The notes under the pieces: model-generated | What the model saw: only the letters and a program-made list of their open reading frames with translations | Told to the model about the DNA's origin: nothing | The model's database searches: none | Shown here: positions 53,601-64,000 of the stretch, in pieces | How the letters are laid out: every line of letters begins with the position of its first letter | Numbering within the stretch: position 1 is the stretch's first letter | Position numbers and translations under genes: made by a program | DNA from: Phoronis australis | Lineage: Eukaryota; Animalia; Phoronida | Direction: 5' to 3' | Assembly (NCBI GenBank): GCA_002633005.1 | Contig: NMRA01000034.1 | Coordinates: forward strand, 643,766 to 707,765 | DNA: 64,000 nt

Positions 53601-56600
53601 TATTCCTGTTCGAGTTGATAGCTTGTAAAACTTAACGACCTACCTGCGAAGTCGGGACTGATGAGCTCTAGCTCGTCCTAAGTCGGGATTGCGAGTTGGT
53701 ATGTTGGCGTATATTACTGAGCGTTCTGTTTCAAAATGAATTATTCTCACCCTAACCAATACTTATATCAAACTGAAACAAAGACTTTCTCATTAGATAT
53801 GCAGTTTGTAATGCCTTTGGAGTGTTCGTGAGTGCAAATGATTTGAGAAGCCAGCAATGAATAAATCACTGCGTTACCGGCTTTAGGTGCAATAAAACTA
53901 ATTGATGGGACACCTAGGCCGTGTGAGCTCATGCTAATTTAGTGTTTGCTGGCAGAAACTGTTGTGAAACAACTCGATTTCCATCCCACGGCCAGGTGTT
54001 AGGGGAATCTTTATTTACATTTACATTACTCAAATAATGATTGACAATGTACAACTTTAATTCTGCCCTGACGGTGCTGTGGCAGAAGCGGAACTGAAAT
54101 CGCGGCCCCCGACGAGTAAGTAGATTTGCAGTTTCGTGGCTAATTCACCAACATAATCACGTGCACATTACTTTGGCTCACAAGTATAATTCTTTCTTGA
54201 TTGGAAGTTTAGTTTCCACTGAACTTTGGCTGGTTTATGTTCGTGATGTCTGATCAGTTTCCGAGCAACTGGCCGGGATAACGAGTCAGTCCGGCCGCCC
54301 GCGACGGGCCTGATGGGGCTCCGAGCCACTGGCCAGGATAACAAGCGTTTTGTGTTTAGAACTCAAAAAATCACAAGTCTAAACAACACAGATCTAGGTT
54401 CTCCTGTCTGTATCTCACGGAAAATACTTCGAAATTATCTCCGATCAGACCCCAAACTCCTGCTACGGACCTTATTGGCCTGCCGAACTTTGTAGGCTAC
54501 GGTGTGTCCAAATACCAATAAATCCGTAAGAGCGAAATAAAACAACACGTTTTTATAAGAACTCGGTGTACTTTTAAGGGTTTTACATCGAAGTTTGATG
54601 ATTTATCGGTGTTAAACGATGACATCAAGAGATAAGCTGACACCAGTAACCCGTGTTGTGAACTGCTGAACAGACTGCGTGTGAAACCGATGACGTCATT
54701 GGACAATTTCAACACCTCCGTCTGCCGTCAGGTGTCAGGTAACGCAACCGTACGTGTCGTTATGGAGTAGAACTACTCGATCTAAATTGATACAAATTAG
54801 GTTGTTTTTTGGGTGGAATGCTCCTTTAAGAGTTTGCCAAGCACGGGTTAACAGCAACATGAGTTTTGGTGCGAGAAGTGAGCCTTAACGGAGATTTAGC
54901 GTATCTTTAATTCACGGATGATTTTCGAATAACCCATTATTATCACTATGCTGAAATTAAACGCTTTAGAAATATTCAGTAAGCGCATTTAGCGTGCAGT
55001 CTAAGGGACAAAGGTTTCTACTCCCAAGTTGAAAAACGGACGTCAGCGCGAACATGACACGGGACTGGTGGCGGCACTATTGAATTACAAGCCTGTCAGT
55101 TGTTAACGCGTGCAGGTCTAGATTAATGCGCTAACCTGTGTAAACACGATGACAGGCTTGGACTTCCACACGACGACGAGGCGAGTCTTGGCGCTGATAG
55201 TTGGGCGGTTTAGGAGGAAATCATTGCTGTCCCATGGAAACAATGTTAATACAGTATAGACGAAGATGGTCGTCATTTGCTGCGGTAGTTTTTTGTAGGG
55301 GCAATACCAGAAATTCGAAAATCAAACATAAAATTAGTTTCATTTTGAAAAAAAGGATGTGCAGACGCAAGATAATGGCGAGATGAGGTGCTTAGCTTGA
55401 TACGTTAGATCTGACAATGCTCTCCGAACAAGAGCATTGTCAGATCTAACGTATCAAGTTCCGAATAGTCGCTTGCAGTCAGCGGCATCACTTTGATGTA
55501 CAGGTAAATTTTACACACCTACCTGCTGCGTGCATTGAGAAGTTCTTCGGCCATACAAAGACTCATAAACTCGACGTCAAGATTGACTTCTTTCTCGATT
55601 TCTGGTGCTTTCAGGTCTATTAAGGCCATTAATTCTGTATACCGCCAGTAATCTTTGTGTGTGAGAGTATTCCCCTTTAGCAAGTGAACGAGCATAGTGT
55701 ATTCTAAAGAGATATATCATATACCGGTGAACCACAAAGCAACAAATTATAACCATCCTTTACAAGCAAGCAAAATTTACTTAGTTGGTTGTTTTAGCAA
55801 GGACAAGAATTGGTTTTGTCTAGATGACTGAAGTTACTGACAATGATACAACGAAAAAAGACCACGCGATTGAAATTTCAAGGGCCATTTCCTTACTTAC
55901 ATTTTGAGCATGAAATTCATAGCCAGTACAGAATACTGGTTTCAATTTTCTTGCTGCAATTGAAGTTAGGAAGCGTTGGCCAATCCTGATTTGTTTTCCA
56001 TCCTATTCTTACCTCCCTATTCTGAATGGCTACATTGAGAATGGAACCATTTTCTATCATAGCGTGAGAGATTTAAGTGGGTGCTATGAATAGGCATTGA
56101 GGACCAGGGGCTTGTTCCAAGAAACTGACTTAAGTTCAAGACTTAAGTCTAAGATTTGTCTTAACTTCCGAACTTTGAAACTTCCACATTTGAAAAGTTG
56201 GTCAAAATTGAGACAAAACTTAGGTCATACACTTAAGTCAATCTTAAAATATTTTTCTTGATTTGGTTTTGAGACAAATTCAACTTTCATTTTAAAATTT
56301 ACTAAAATTTAAGATTTGTCTTAGCTAAGTCAGTTTTGTTGGAACGGGCCCCAGAGCACTTAATTTTTGTAATAAAGGATGTTCTGTTTACCTCGACAAC
56401 CCTAAAAGGTTTTGAGCAAGTTTGAACACTCTTTACAAAGTCTGCTCAATCGGCGAGAGTGACTAACGTGTTGTGCAAGTTAATCAATCACAAGTTTGGG
56501 GGAAACACCTTTCACGAACCGCTTTGCGATACAGTGAGGATTTATTTTAGACGAATATTTTTTTTCTCAGAAGGTGTACTAAAAAACCAGTTTTGAGTGA

Positions 56601-59600
56601 AACCACTACACATGGTCGTGGAACACATGCTTAGTTTGTGTGATTGAGAAACCTGGTTTATAATTAATTGGTATTTTAGGCAGTGAGTATGAATTTTGTG
56701 GAGGACAAAAAGATAACTTATCGTGCTTGTAACCATGCGCATGTAAGTTGCGGAACTGGGTAAAACTGGAGAGCAAATTTCTGAAATATGTGAGTAAAAC
56801 ATAATTTATCGTAACCAAAATGGTAGACGGGTGGGTGAATGCAATTAACACTAACTACCAAATGGCACTTATTATTTCAGAATAGACAAAAATGTACGTG
56901 TGCACCCAGCTTAACACGTTCACAAATGCAAAAGACAGTTAGTTGCCCATATGCCTTACTTAAAAGCCATTATACTACGTGCACTCCAAATAGGGTCGTC
57001 CCGGATTACACAGCAATAAATCTGTCCTATGTTCTGGAGGCAAAAAAGCGAGTTGTTTTCATTGTCCTAGTTTCATGTCTTCGATTGATCTGGGAAGGCG
57101 ACGAACTTAACGTCACGCATCCACGGATACTCGATTTGTCATGCTTATCCAAGCTTCTCCCGTCTTGGAACAACGTTTGCAGAATACGACAACAACAAAG
57201 AACTGCAATGGCGCGAAATACAAAAGTGACTGGCGGATGTACCGCAAGATTCGAGTGTCGCTTTGTAAATCGGGACGGCCCTATCTTGCTTGGTACTGTT
57301 TAATTAGTGTATCACCATTCTGGCAGAACTACGATTGGTCGTTTTGCCACACTTAATTGGTATTCATACACAAATTGCCGAATATCCCATCGCCGTGAAC
57401 TTTTTTACGCTGTTCAGCGATAAGCTGTCGGGATCTGTTTTATCCACGTGAACACAGAAAGTAGCTGCTGCCAATAGGTTGCAAAACATACTTACTTTGT
57501 TCTTCCAGGGATTCGATGAAAGCCTTAAACCATCCGGGGTGTTGGCGCCCTGATTTCAATTCCCCCAATAATGCGCTGCACGCTTTAGTTTTAGTTACCC
57601 GTCCTTCATTAATCATATCCTTTACGCCTAAACAAAAGAGGTCGTGAAATTATGACTAAAGCATAGTAAGTCGGAACACTTTGGATCGCAAGAAGGGCAA
57701 AGTTAACATGCAAATGCGAAGAAGTTTCACCTACTTATTAATAGTATTTTTATCAATTGTCTACACTCTGTTTTTATATTTACAGACGCATTGCTCAAAG
57801 CGAAAACAGGTAGAACACAGTTTGGCTTAAATTTTGCATATCCAACTTTCGTGGTTGCGATGCCATTGACGCAAAATGCAATTTCACCTGAGCCAATGAA
57901 TCTCATGTCACCAGCTAATGGGGTTTCACATCATTTCAGTTCTCATCAGAAAAGAAACGAGTGACGTGACAGTAGCGCTCCCATGTGAGCTGCGTCCTGA
58001 AAAGCAGGGCTGCGTTCCACAGATCCATGACATTAGCGATGTGCGAAAAATCTTCGCTTACGGAACGAGTACTTCATATTCTATCCCATAATTTAACAAC
58101 CCAGACTCTAGCACCAATCATTTCAGCGGCCGATTTTTCGAAAAATGCTAGCGAGGTCTCAAGCATACTTGCGAACTAAAGCACCAGCGTGATTTTGCGT
58201 GGTCTTGCGTTTTCGCTAGTTTCTTGCGCCTACACAACGCACCCTTGGTATTCAAAGAAGGCAATTTGCGGTACGGGAAGTGTACGCTCGTAAATGAGCT
58301 GTTAGCAGCTGATTACTGGATAGATAGAAACAAGAGTTTTCACCAAAACAGCGCAATGCAGTAGTAAAAGCTATAGCTTTCACGGATTGCAATTAAATGT
58401 CAACTTCTACCGATTTTACAACTTTCATAGAATCTGGAACTTGCTAATTTTAGTGAAATTCTTCCAGAAATTTGTAAGCTTTAATTTCGTCAAGGGAAAA
58501 TGGTTGCGCTGCTTGTTAAAAGGACATAATCACTGTTTTTGTGTCCAAAAATCATTTTGGGGATGGGATAGAATTGGCTTTATCAGAGACATGAAACGAT
58601 ATAATTCGTTGAGTTTTTATGATTTTATTACAAATCGCCAATTCTACCGTTGTCTGTCTGACATTCGCTGAACTCAAGAGGGGTGATTTTGTCAATTAAG
58701 TACACTTAAAATACCGTCACTTATCGAGCGGGTCTCACTTTCGACACCAGAGCGTTATACTGCGACAGCAGGGTGCGGAGGTTCGATTCCTCGCTGATAA
58801 TGTCCCTCGAAATGACCTTCCGCCGGTTGAACGAGAGCTACATACCAAATTGATGCTAGTGCGTCACATAGTGCGATTCACAGTTCACATGCTTGCTAAA
58901 ACGTTTTAGCTATCGCTTTAGTCAGAACTGCTAGCATTTTTGTCCCTTATGTGATCCTAGTATTTGCTATTTGTTAATGATTCAGTTGTATTCTTTAAAA
59001 CAGCGATAGGTGTCCAACGACTTATTGAAGGAAGTGAGGTGAAATGTAAAACTGGAAACGATGTTTCTTATCAGCTGAATGAACGTTTTGTGTTCCGAAA
59101 GTACATCAAGCGGTTTCGAAAGTTGTGGTCCAGTGCAAGTTGAGTTCAGAAAGCTGTTTGCGTTCCGTAGCCGTTATAATCTAGCGAAAAAGTAAGTCCC
59201 CTCGAGATATCACCATGCATTGCCTCTCTGGTTCCGGTGCCGACTGAGCTACCAACGTGCAGGCTACTGACCACCTAGCGACACGCAGGGAACCAGCGAG
59301 CATGCATTGCAAGCAAAGCACGAGACCACACTAGTTTTACTCGCGAGATTCTCGCATTGAATAGGCTTAAATTAGAATAAGTTTGTTTCTAACTACTGAT
59401 CGTAAAAGTATGTGCGCCATTCGAAACGTTTCATTTCCAACCAAAAGATTTCTTTCAATTGTGAAATCGAAATATTGTGCAACAAGAATGAGCGCACAGA
59501 AAAAGTGTGAAACATTAATTTCACAACAAACCGACCAGACTCAACTCGAAGGTATGAAGACCTGGCGAGAGAGAACAACATTATTATAAGACTATCATAT

Positions 59601-60876
59601 TTCCACAGAAGCATGCCTTCTTGACTGTCAGTTAGAAAACCCAAGGAACTGATTACTGAAATTTTCACAATTTAGGTCGATATTGTTAATACCCGTAAAT
59701 CATTTTCCAACACTCTCGGTTAGAAATCTTAAGCTTGGCGAATAAAACGGCTAAAATTCGAACTAAAGCGAGTTTTCGTATCTTGTATATCGAAACGAAC
59801 CACAAGTTTTAATTCGGGTACATGAAATCACCAAACTCCATGAAAAGTGGGAAAATCAAAACTATAATCATTCAGGAATCTTGAATTAGTTCAAATCCTA
59901 ACCAATCAAAAATGGTAAAAAATCAGCAATTATGAGAAAAACATTTTGTTGACTTATGCAGGCAATTAAATGCTTATGAAATATCCATTTACATTGTACA
60001 CTTAATTATCTGTGTATTGTGGGGGAAGCAGTTTTAATCATGTAAACTAAAACGTGCGTAAATTATAACTACATGCCGTTATCATCATCACGCTAGTAAC
60101 GGTAGCATCATTGTCATTGCCGTGGGGCCAAAGGTAGGATAATATCAGAGGCCCCAATGCTCCGTGCTCTCACTGGCAAATATTGACAAAAGGATAAAAA
60201 ATTGTCTGGAGTATGTTTATCATCCATTACTTAAACGGTTTTTTGTGACACCCCAATCTTAAGATTAATCTTAACCCGAGATTGTCGTGGGAAATATTGT
60301 AAGTTTTTACATATACTACTGTAAATATGATAGTTGGTTTAAACTTATTCTACAACTAGTATCTAAATAAAGCAGGAATATCAGAATTTATTCACATCAG
60401 TCATGTTCGGTCAAGATTGTCACAACTAAGTGGGGTAAGTTGCGCTCTAGTTAGTCTCCAGACACCACTCAAACCTAGCGACAACTCGTTCCAGGGGTGG
60501 ACAGCACTATATAAGTAACATGGCTTACTAAAAGTACACCATAACTTAGCACTACACCTGAGGCCTCCTGCGGATTACATTTAAATTAAGCGTTTCCCAC
60601 GTTTTATAAGCGTGCTGGCCTATACAGAAAACGTAACATTGATCAATACACATTGGCAATCTATATTTCGTCTAGTCATCAGCCTGGCACAGGAAAGGAC
60701 TTACCGCCTGATATAACTACACCTCGAGAAATTAGATTACTTAAAATGTCCTTTGCCTTCAGAAATGTTTCTATAACATCTTGGTATGCTTCGATGACCT
60801 CAACGTATTTCAACTGTTGGGCGTCCATGCCACGTTCTTTCCTATCAGGGGGTACTGTCGTTTGCTGACGTTTCAT
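50160..60876 (-). CDS. 7-exon gene: tandem RIG-I/MDA5-like CARD-CARD + linker + C-terminal C3H (PARP-finger-like) zinc finger, ~447 aa, no helicase
   Basis: Exons 60705-60876, 57496-57627, 55523-55703, 52401-52615, 52030-52109, 51208-51241, 50160-50689 all have GT-AG boundaries with matching phases (1,1,2,1,0,1); total 1344 nt, no internal stop. CARD motifs GWFKAFIESLEE and EEIECEKTNSGNMNAVRLLL...NWFAKFMSVL..CKHRPLAEEI. Confidence 0.82.
51208..51241 (-). CDS. 2CARD gene exon 6 (ESFKEYQSGGK)
   Basis: TTTTCACAG acceptor, A|GTAAGT donor; phase 0 to 1 bridges exons 5 and 7. Confidence 0.72.
52030..52109 (-). CDS. 2CARD gene exon 5 (AESIHMDYSCEDDGGVLGRLGAVHLTQ)
   Basis: TTTTTTACAG acceptor, CAG|GTTAGC donor; phase 1 to 0. 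Confidence 0.78.
52401..52615 (-). CDS. 2CARD gene exon 4 (EEIECEKTNSGNMNAVRLLL...WFAKFMSVL...SSQDD)
   Basis: TTCTTCTTTCAG acceptor, G|GTATCA donor; resembles RIG-I CARD IQAEKNNKGPMEAA...GWFRGFLDAL. Confidence 0.9.
53142..54825 (+). mobile_element. Non-autonomous Kolobok-like DNA transposon in intron 3 of the 2CARD gene
   Basis: TTAA on both sides (53138-53141, 54826-54829), inverted termini AGGAGAATGCCACCC / GGGTGGAATGCTCCT, THAP remnant near the left end. TTAA target duplication with an N-terminal THAP domain is characteristic of Kolobok elements. Confidence 0.75.
53315..53539 (+). pseudogene. Decayed THAP zinc-finger coding remnant
   Basis: MLPCIVPACPN*...SFFLLP...RKWL...LRVCGLQ matches the THAP pattern C-x4-C...F..P...W...VC..H, with an in-frame stop and loss of the final His. 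Confidence 0.75.
55396..55458. repeat. Perfect 28-bp inverted repeat with 7-nt loop
   Basis: cttgatacgttagatctgacaatgctct - ccgaaca - agagcattgtcagatctaacgtatcaag. Confidence 0.95.
55523..55703 (-). CDS. 2CARD gene exon 3 (KYTMLVHLLKG...LIDLKAPEIEKEV...LLNARSR)
   Basis: CTCTTTAG acceptor, AG|GTAGGT donor; end of CARD1 and start of CARD2. Confidence 0.88.
56108..56351. mobile_element. PIF/Harbinger-like MITE
   Basis: Termini gggcttgttccaagaaactgactta / taagtcagttttgttggaacgggccc, flanked by CAG...CAG. Confidence 0.75.
57496..57627 (-). CDS. 2CARD gene exon 2 (GVKDMINEGR...HPGWFKAFIESLEEQ)
   Basis: TTTTGTTTAG acceptor, A|GTAAGT donor; RLR-type GWF..F..SL motif. Confidence 0.9.
58715..58855 (+). 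mobile_element. SINE-like fragment with Pol III B-box
   Basis: ggttcgattcc B-box; no closable tRNA cloverleaf visible. Confidence 0.4.
60705..60876 (-). CDS. 2CARD gene exon 1 (MKRQQ...MDAQQLKYVEVIEAYQDVIETFLKAKDILSNLISRGVVISG)
   Basis: ATG at 60876 (alternative ATG 60828); donor G|GTAAGT; CARD helices 1-2. Confidence 0.85.
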
Positions 60877-62960
60877 CACTTTAAAATTCTTCGAAAAATC
60901 GATTGTAAATGTAGGTCGCTCCGCCTTTCAATATTGTGTTTGGTCAACATGAATACAACTCTGCTGTGACCTCAAGCAAATGCCGAATATGCGTGACTAT
61001 AGATCTAATTCACTCCGACAGGAGGCGCGTTCCAAAACAAGGCTCGCCACGATAGCTCTGTTGGCTTATCGGCTTACTGGTTGTATTTCGCGTTGCTCGA
61101 ACAGCTAGAAAAAATACGGACAGTCAACTGTCTATTTTACAAACCCTCAGGATGTTGAGATTCGTTGGGTCGTTGCCATACGCGCGACGAAGGAAAATAT
61201 GTCCATATAAAATTTATAAATGTTTTCGGGAAGTTAGATCATATTTTGTCGCATCTCGGATGCCGAGCGTCATAGCAACGACCGGAGAATCTTCGGTCAG
61301 CCAGGCTGTGTTTTCATGACAACGGGTTAAAAGATGATGCATGTTTCTTTCCAATAAAAGACAGGGCCCTCAATCCCTCGATTTTGGAGCCGAATATCAT
61401 CCCTATTCCCCTCTCAAAAATATTTAAAAAATCCCCCGAAATTCCCCCCACTCTCCGGCGAAGTTCAAATCACCTGTATCCACACAGGTAACAATTTGAA
61501 AGAGCACAGGGCGGGTGTGTTATTGATGATGATCGGGAGGTAGACTTTTCCCTTCACTCGGCGAAAAAATGCCCCTCCCACGAAGGCACAAAGCACCTTT
61601 GGCCTCGGATGAACGAGGACCCTGAAGAAACATGATAATTACTATGCTTGCTCTGTGCAGTTAACTGAAATTGAGTTCAAAAACAAGGTTATGCTTTGGA
61701 CGAACGAGTTACGTGTTTTGATTTTAAAATGCAACTTGATCCAGATTGATATTTGAAACCTAACACATGAAATAGACGTACGTATATAAGAATTATTAAA
61801 ACCAAGAAAGCAGAATTGATGGTCAAATAATTACTTGTGAATGTGTGCAAGGGGATGAATGAGAACCTGGATATAATGCGAAAGCGATTTCTGAGGCTGT
61901 GCTCGTTTTTTTATTTTTTTTAATTTAAAAAATGGTCAAATAATTTTTCAATTACGAGCCTGTATTTTTATTTTAATAAAAATATATTTAATAACATCAG
62001 TTATTCTTTCAGATCATTAACAAATCACTTGTCCCTGCCTCACCAGGAGATAGGCTATATGCTTGATGTTAATACTTTTGATCAAAACATTAAACCAGAT
62101 GTGACTTATTGCACTTGACAGCAAAATGCGATGAGAGACTGTCGAATATATCTTCAACTCCTCAACGATACAAGAAGATAATATGTTTCGTGTAGAAAGC
62201 ATTTTTTTTCAACAATTTACAAGAAGAAACGTAACCTTCATTCAGCATAATACCTAATCTGTAACACTACCGTGACGATCGGCGCAGTTTGGTCATATTT
62301 ACTTTTCATGTTTCGGACATAGTTTTCCGAAAAAAACTTATACCCTTTCGTCAGACAACTCTTTGGTGCATTGACTTGTTCTCTAATGTATTTTCTACGT
62401 CTCTGTGGTTAATTATCGACACATTTTTAAGATTTAATATCCAGGTTGGACTCGAAAGATCGGCCATTTAACTCACGCAATGTAAATTTCCGCTTTGTTT
62501 AGGAGGCACTGAACAGTTCTCACAGGGATTTGCCTATCATAACACACATCAATGGACTCTTCACCCTTTCTTCACTCTGTCAACAACTGCATGCAAATAA
62601 AGAAAAGCTTTGAGTCACTACATCACAAGCCCTACAGATGAGCACAAAAACTTTGTTCTCTCTTGTATTTTTGACCCTTTCACTCCCAGTGGAAACCAAG
62701 CTGAACTAAGAAAAATAAGGTCAAAAAATGCAAAATCGGCACTTTTCACCCCAAAATCACCACTTCCCTGCCCATGCTCGACTAAAGCCAACATTAGATT
62801 CCGAAATCAAATTTCCTACCCATTCCAAAAATGTGGTCCAAAAGTACTGTCAACCAACTAGTTTTTTTTTTTTGAAAATCTGGCTTGTTTGAGGGCTACC
62901 TGAAATCGCGGCCAATTTCTCAGTTGCTACACAGCAATGCACAATTGCAAAAGGGGGCCA

Positions 62961-62961
62961 N
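62961..62961. other. Ambiguous base / probable contig join (another at 27201)
   Basis: Single N in the sequence. Confidence 0.8.
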
Positions 62962-64000
62962 CGAGAAAGTGGCTTTTTTGCATTCTCAGCATGTTCACAA
63001 ATACAAAAAAAAAACACATGCACTTAGCTTACATACAATACCTAACTAAAAATGCCCCCAAGCCTGGCCTACCCCTAGATTTTGATATTTTGGAAGTGCA
63101 AACTGGCCGCGGCCGCAGTCTAACTGTTCAGTGCCACCTTATCGCAGTGAGCCTCGCTTTGGATTTTAATGTCTGCCGCGTGAGTTAGGTCTATATGCAT
63201 GTGGTCGTGGACGTCAATATGACCTCAGATGCAACAATGACCTCGTTTTCCCGGCGCAAGCCAGCGAAAATAATGCAGGATTGAAATTCATCCATTAGTG
63301 TAACAATGAATCCCAGTGGTAGCTCATAGGCCTACATGTATTTTATACATCGCCGTTAGCCTACTCAACACTTTCACTCTAACAAGAAAGACTACCAGAG
63401 CACACGCGTTGGGTTGCTCTGGAGAAAGCGGTTTAGTTGATGACCAGTGACATGTCTAGGACTAGTCGATCCTTTTGTTGTTTTGGAACGCATGGCTATT
63501 AGTGCAACCCAGCAACCCAGACATTGCAGTTTCTACTATTACATATAGCCAGGGCAGTGGTCATTTAACAGAGGACACAATGCCGATAGTCAGAAGGGAG
63601 TCAATCACTTTCAGGCAATCTGGTGATGGCAAGTCTATGTCCCAGAAATGTAGCCTATCCACCACTGAGTCTACACCGCTCATCCTGCTAACCACAAATG
63701 GCACTAAACTAAGAAATGACAGCTTCCACCTGCCTGTTGTCTTAAGAAAACTTAGAGCTCAACTGTTGTGAGAGGCTGTCTAGGAAGGGTATTCGCATTG
63801 TTCTTCTGCGGTACTTACTGGAAGAAGCAAGTGTTGACGACAAATTTAACTACGCACTACGAGAATTAGATTTTGGTCATGAAGCAGATAACCGAAGAGC
63901 CAAGTGGAAATACAGACTAGGATCAGTTTCTGTGCTCTCGTAGACCCTGCGCTTTACTGGGTAAATTTGGCATGTCCGAAAATAATTTCTATTTCGTTTC

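Noticed and set aside
56839-57356. 154-aa and 71-aa + strand ORFs
   Set aside because: Antisense within an intron of the 2CARD gene, no motifs; likely chance ORFs.
58715-58800. tRNA gene
   Set aside because: B-box present but no acceptor stem or cloverleaf; treated as SINE-like.

Overview
AT-rich, intron-containing animal genomic DNA, probably a marine invertebrate; the taxon cannot be fixed from sequence alone. The supplied unspliced ORF track is mostly noise, so genes were rebuilt by hand from GT-AG boundaries. Three genes: (1) a UDP-glycosyltransferase with a single coding exon on + (981-2573); (2) the first 10 exons (371 codons) of CCDC93 on - (45667 to 32620), whose remaining C-terminal exons I could not find in the window; (3) a phase-consistent 7-exon gene on - (60876 to 50160, ~447 aa) encoding two RIG-I/MDA5-type CARDs, a linker and a C-terminal C3H zinc finger reminiscent of PARP-type fingers, with no helicase. 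Gene 3 is the most unusual item. The rest is transposon debris (a decayed LINE, a Kolobok-like TTAA element with a dead THAP domain, MITEs, SINE-like pieces), micro/minisatellites, several hairpins and a 1.1-kb duplication straddling an N that is probably an assembly artefact.
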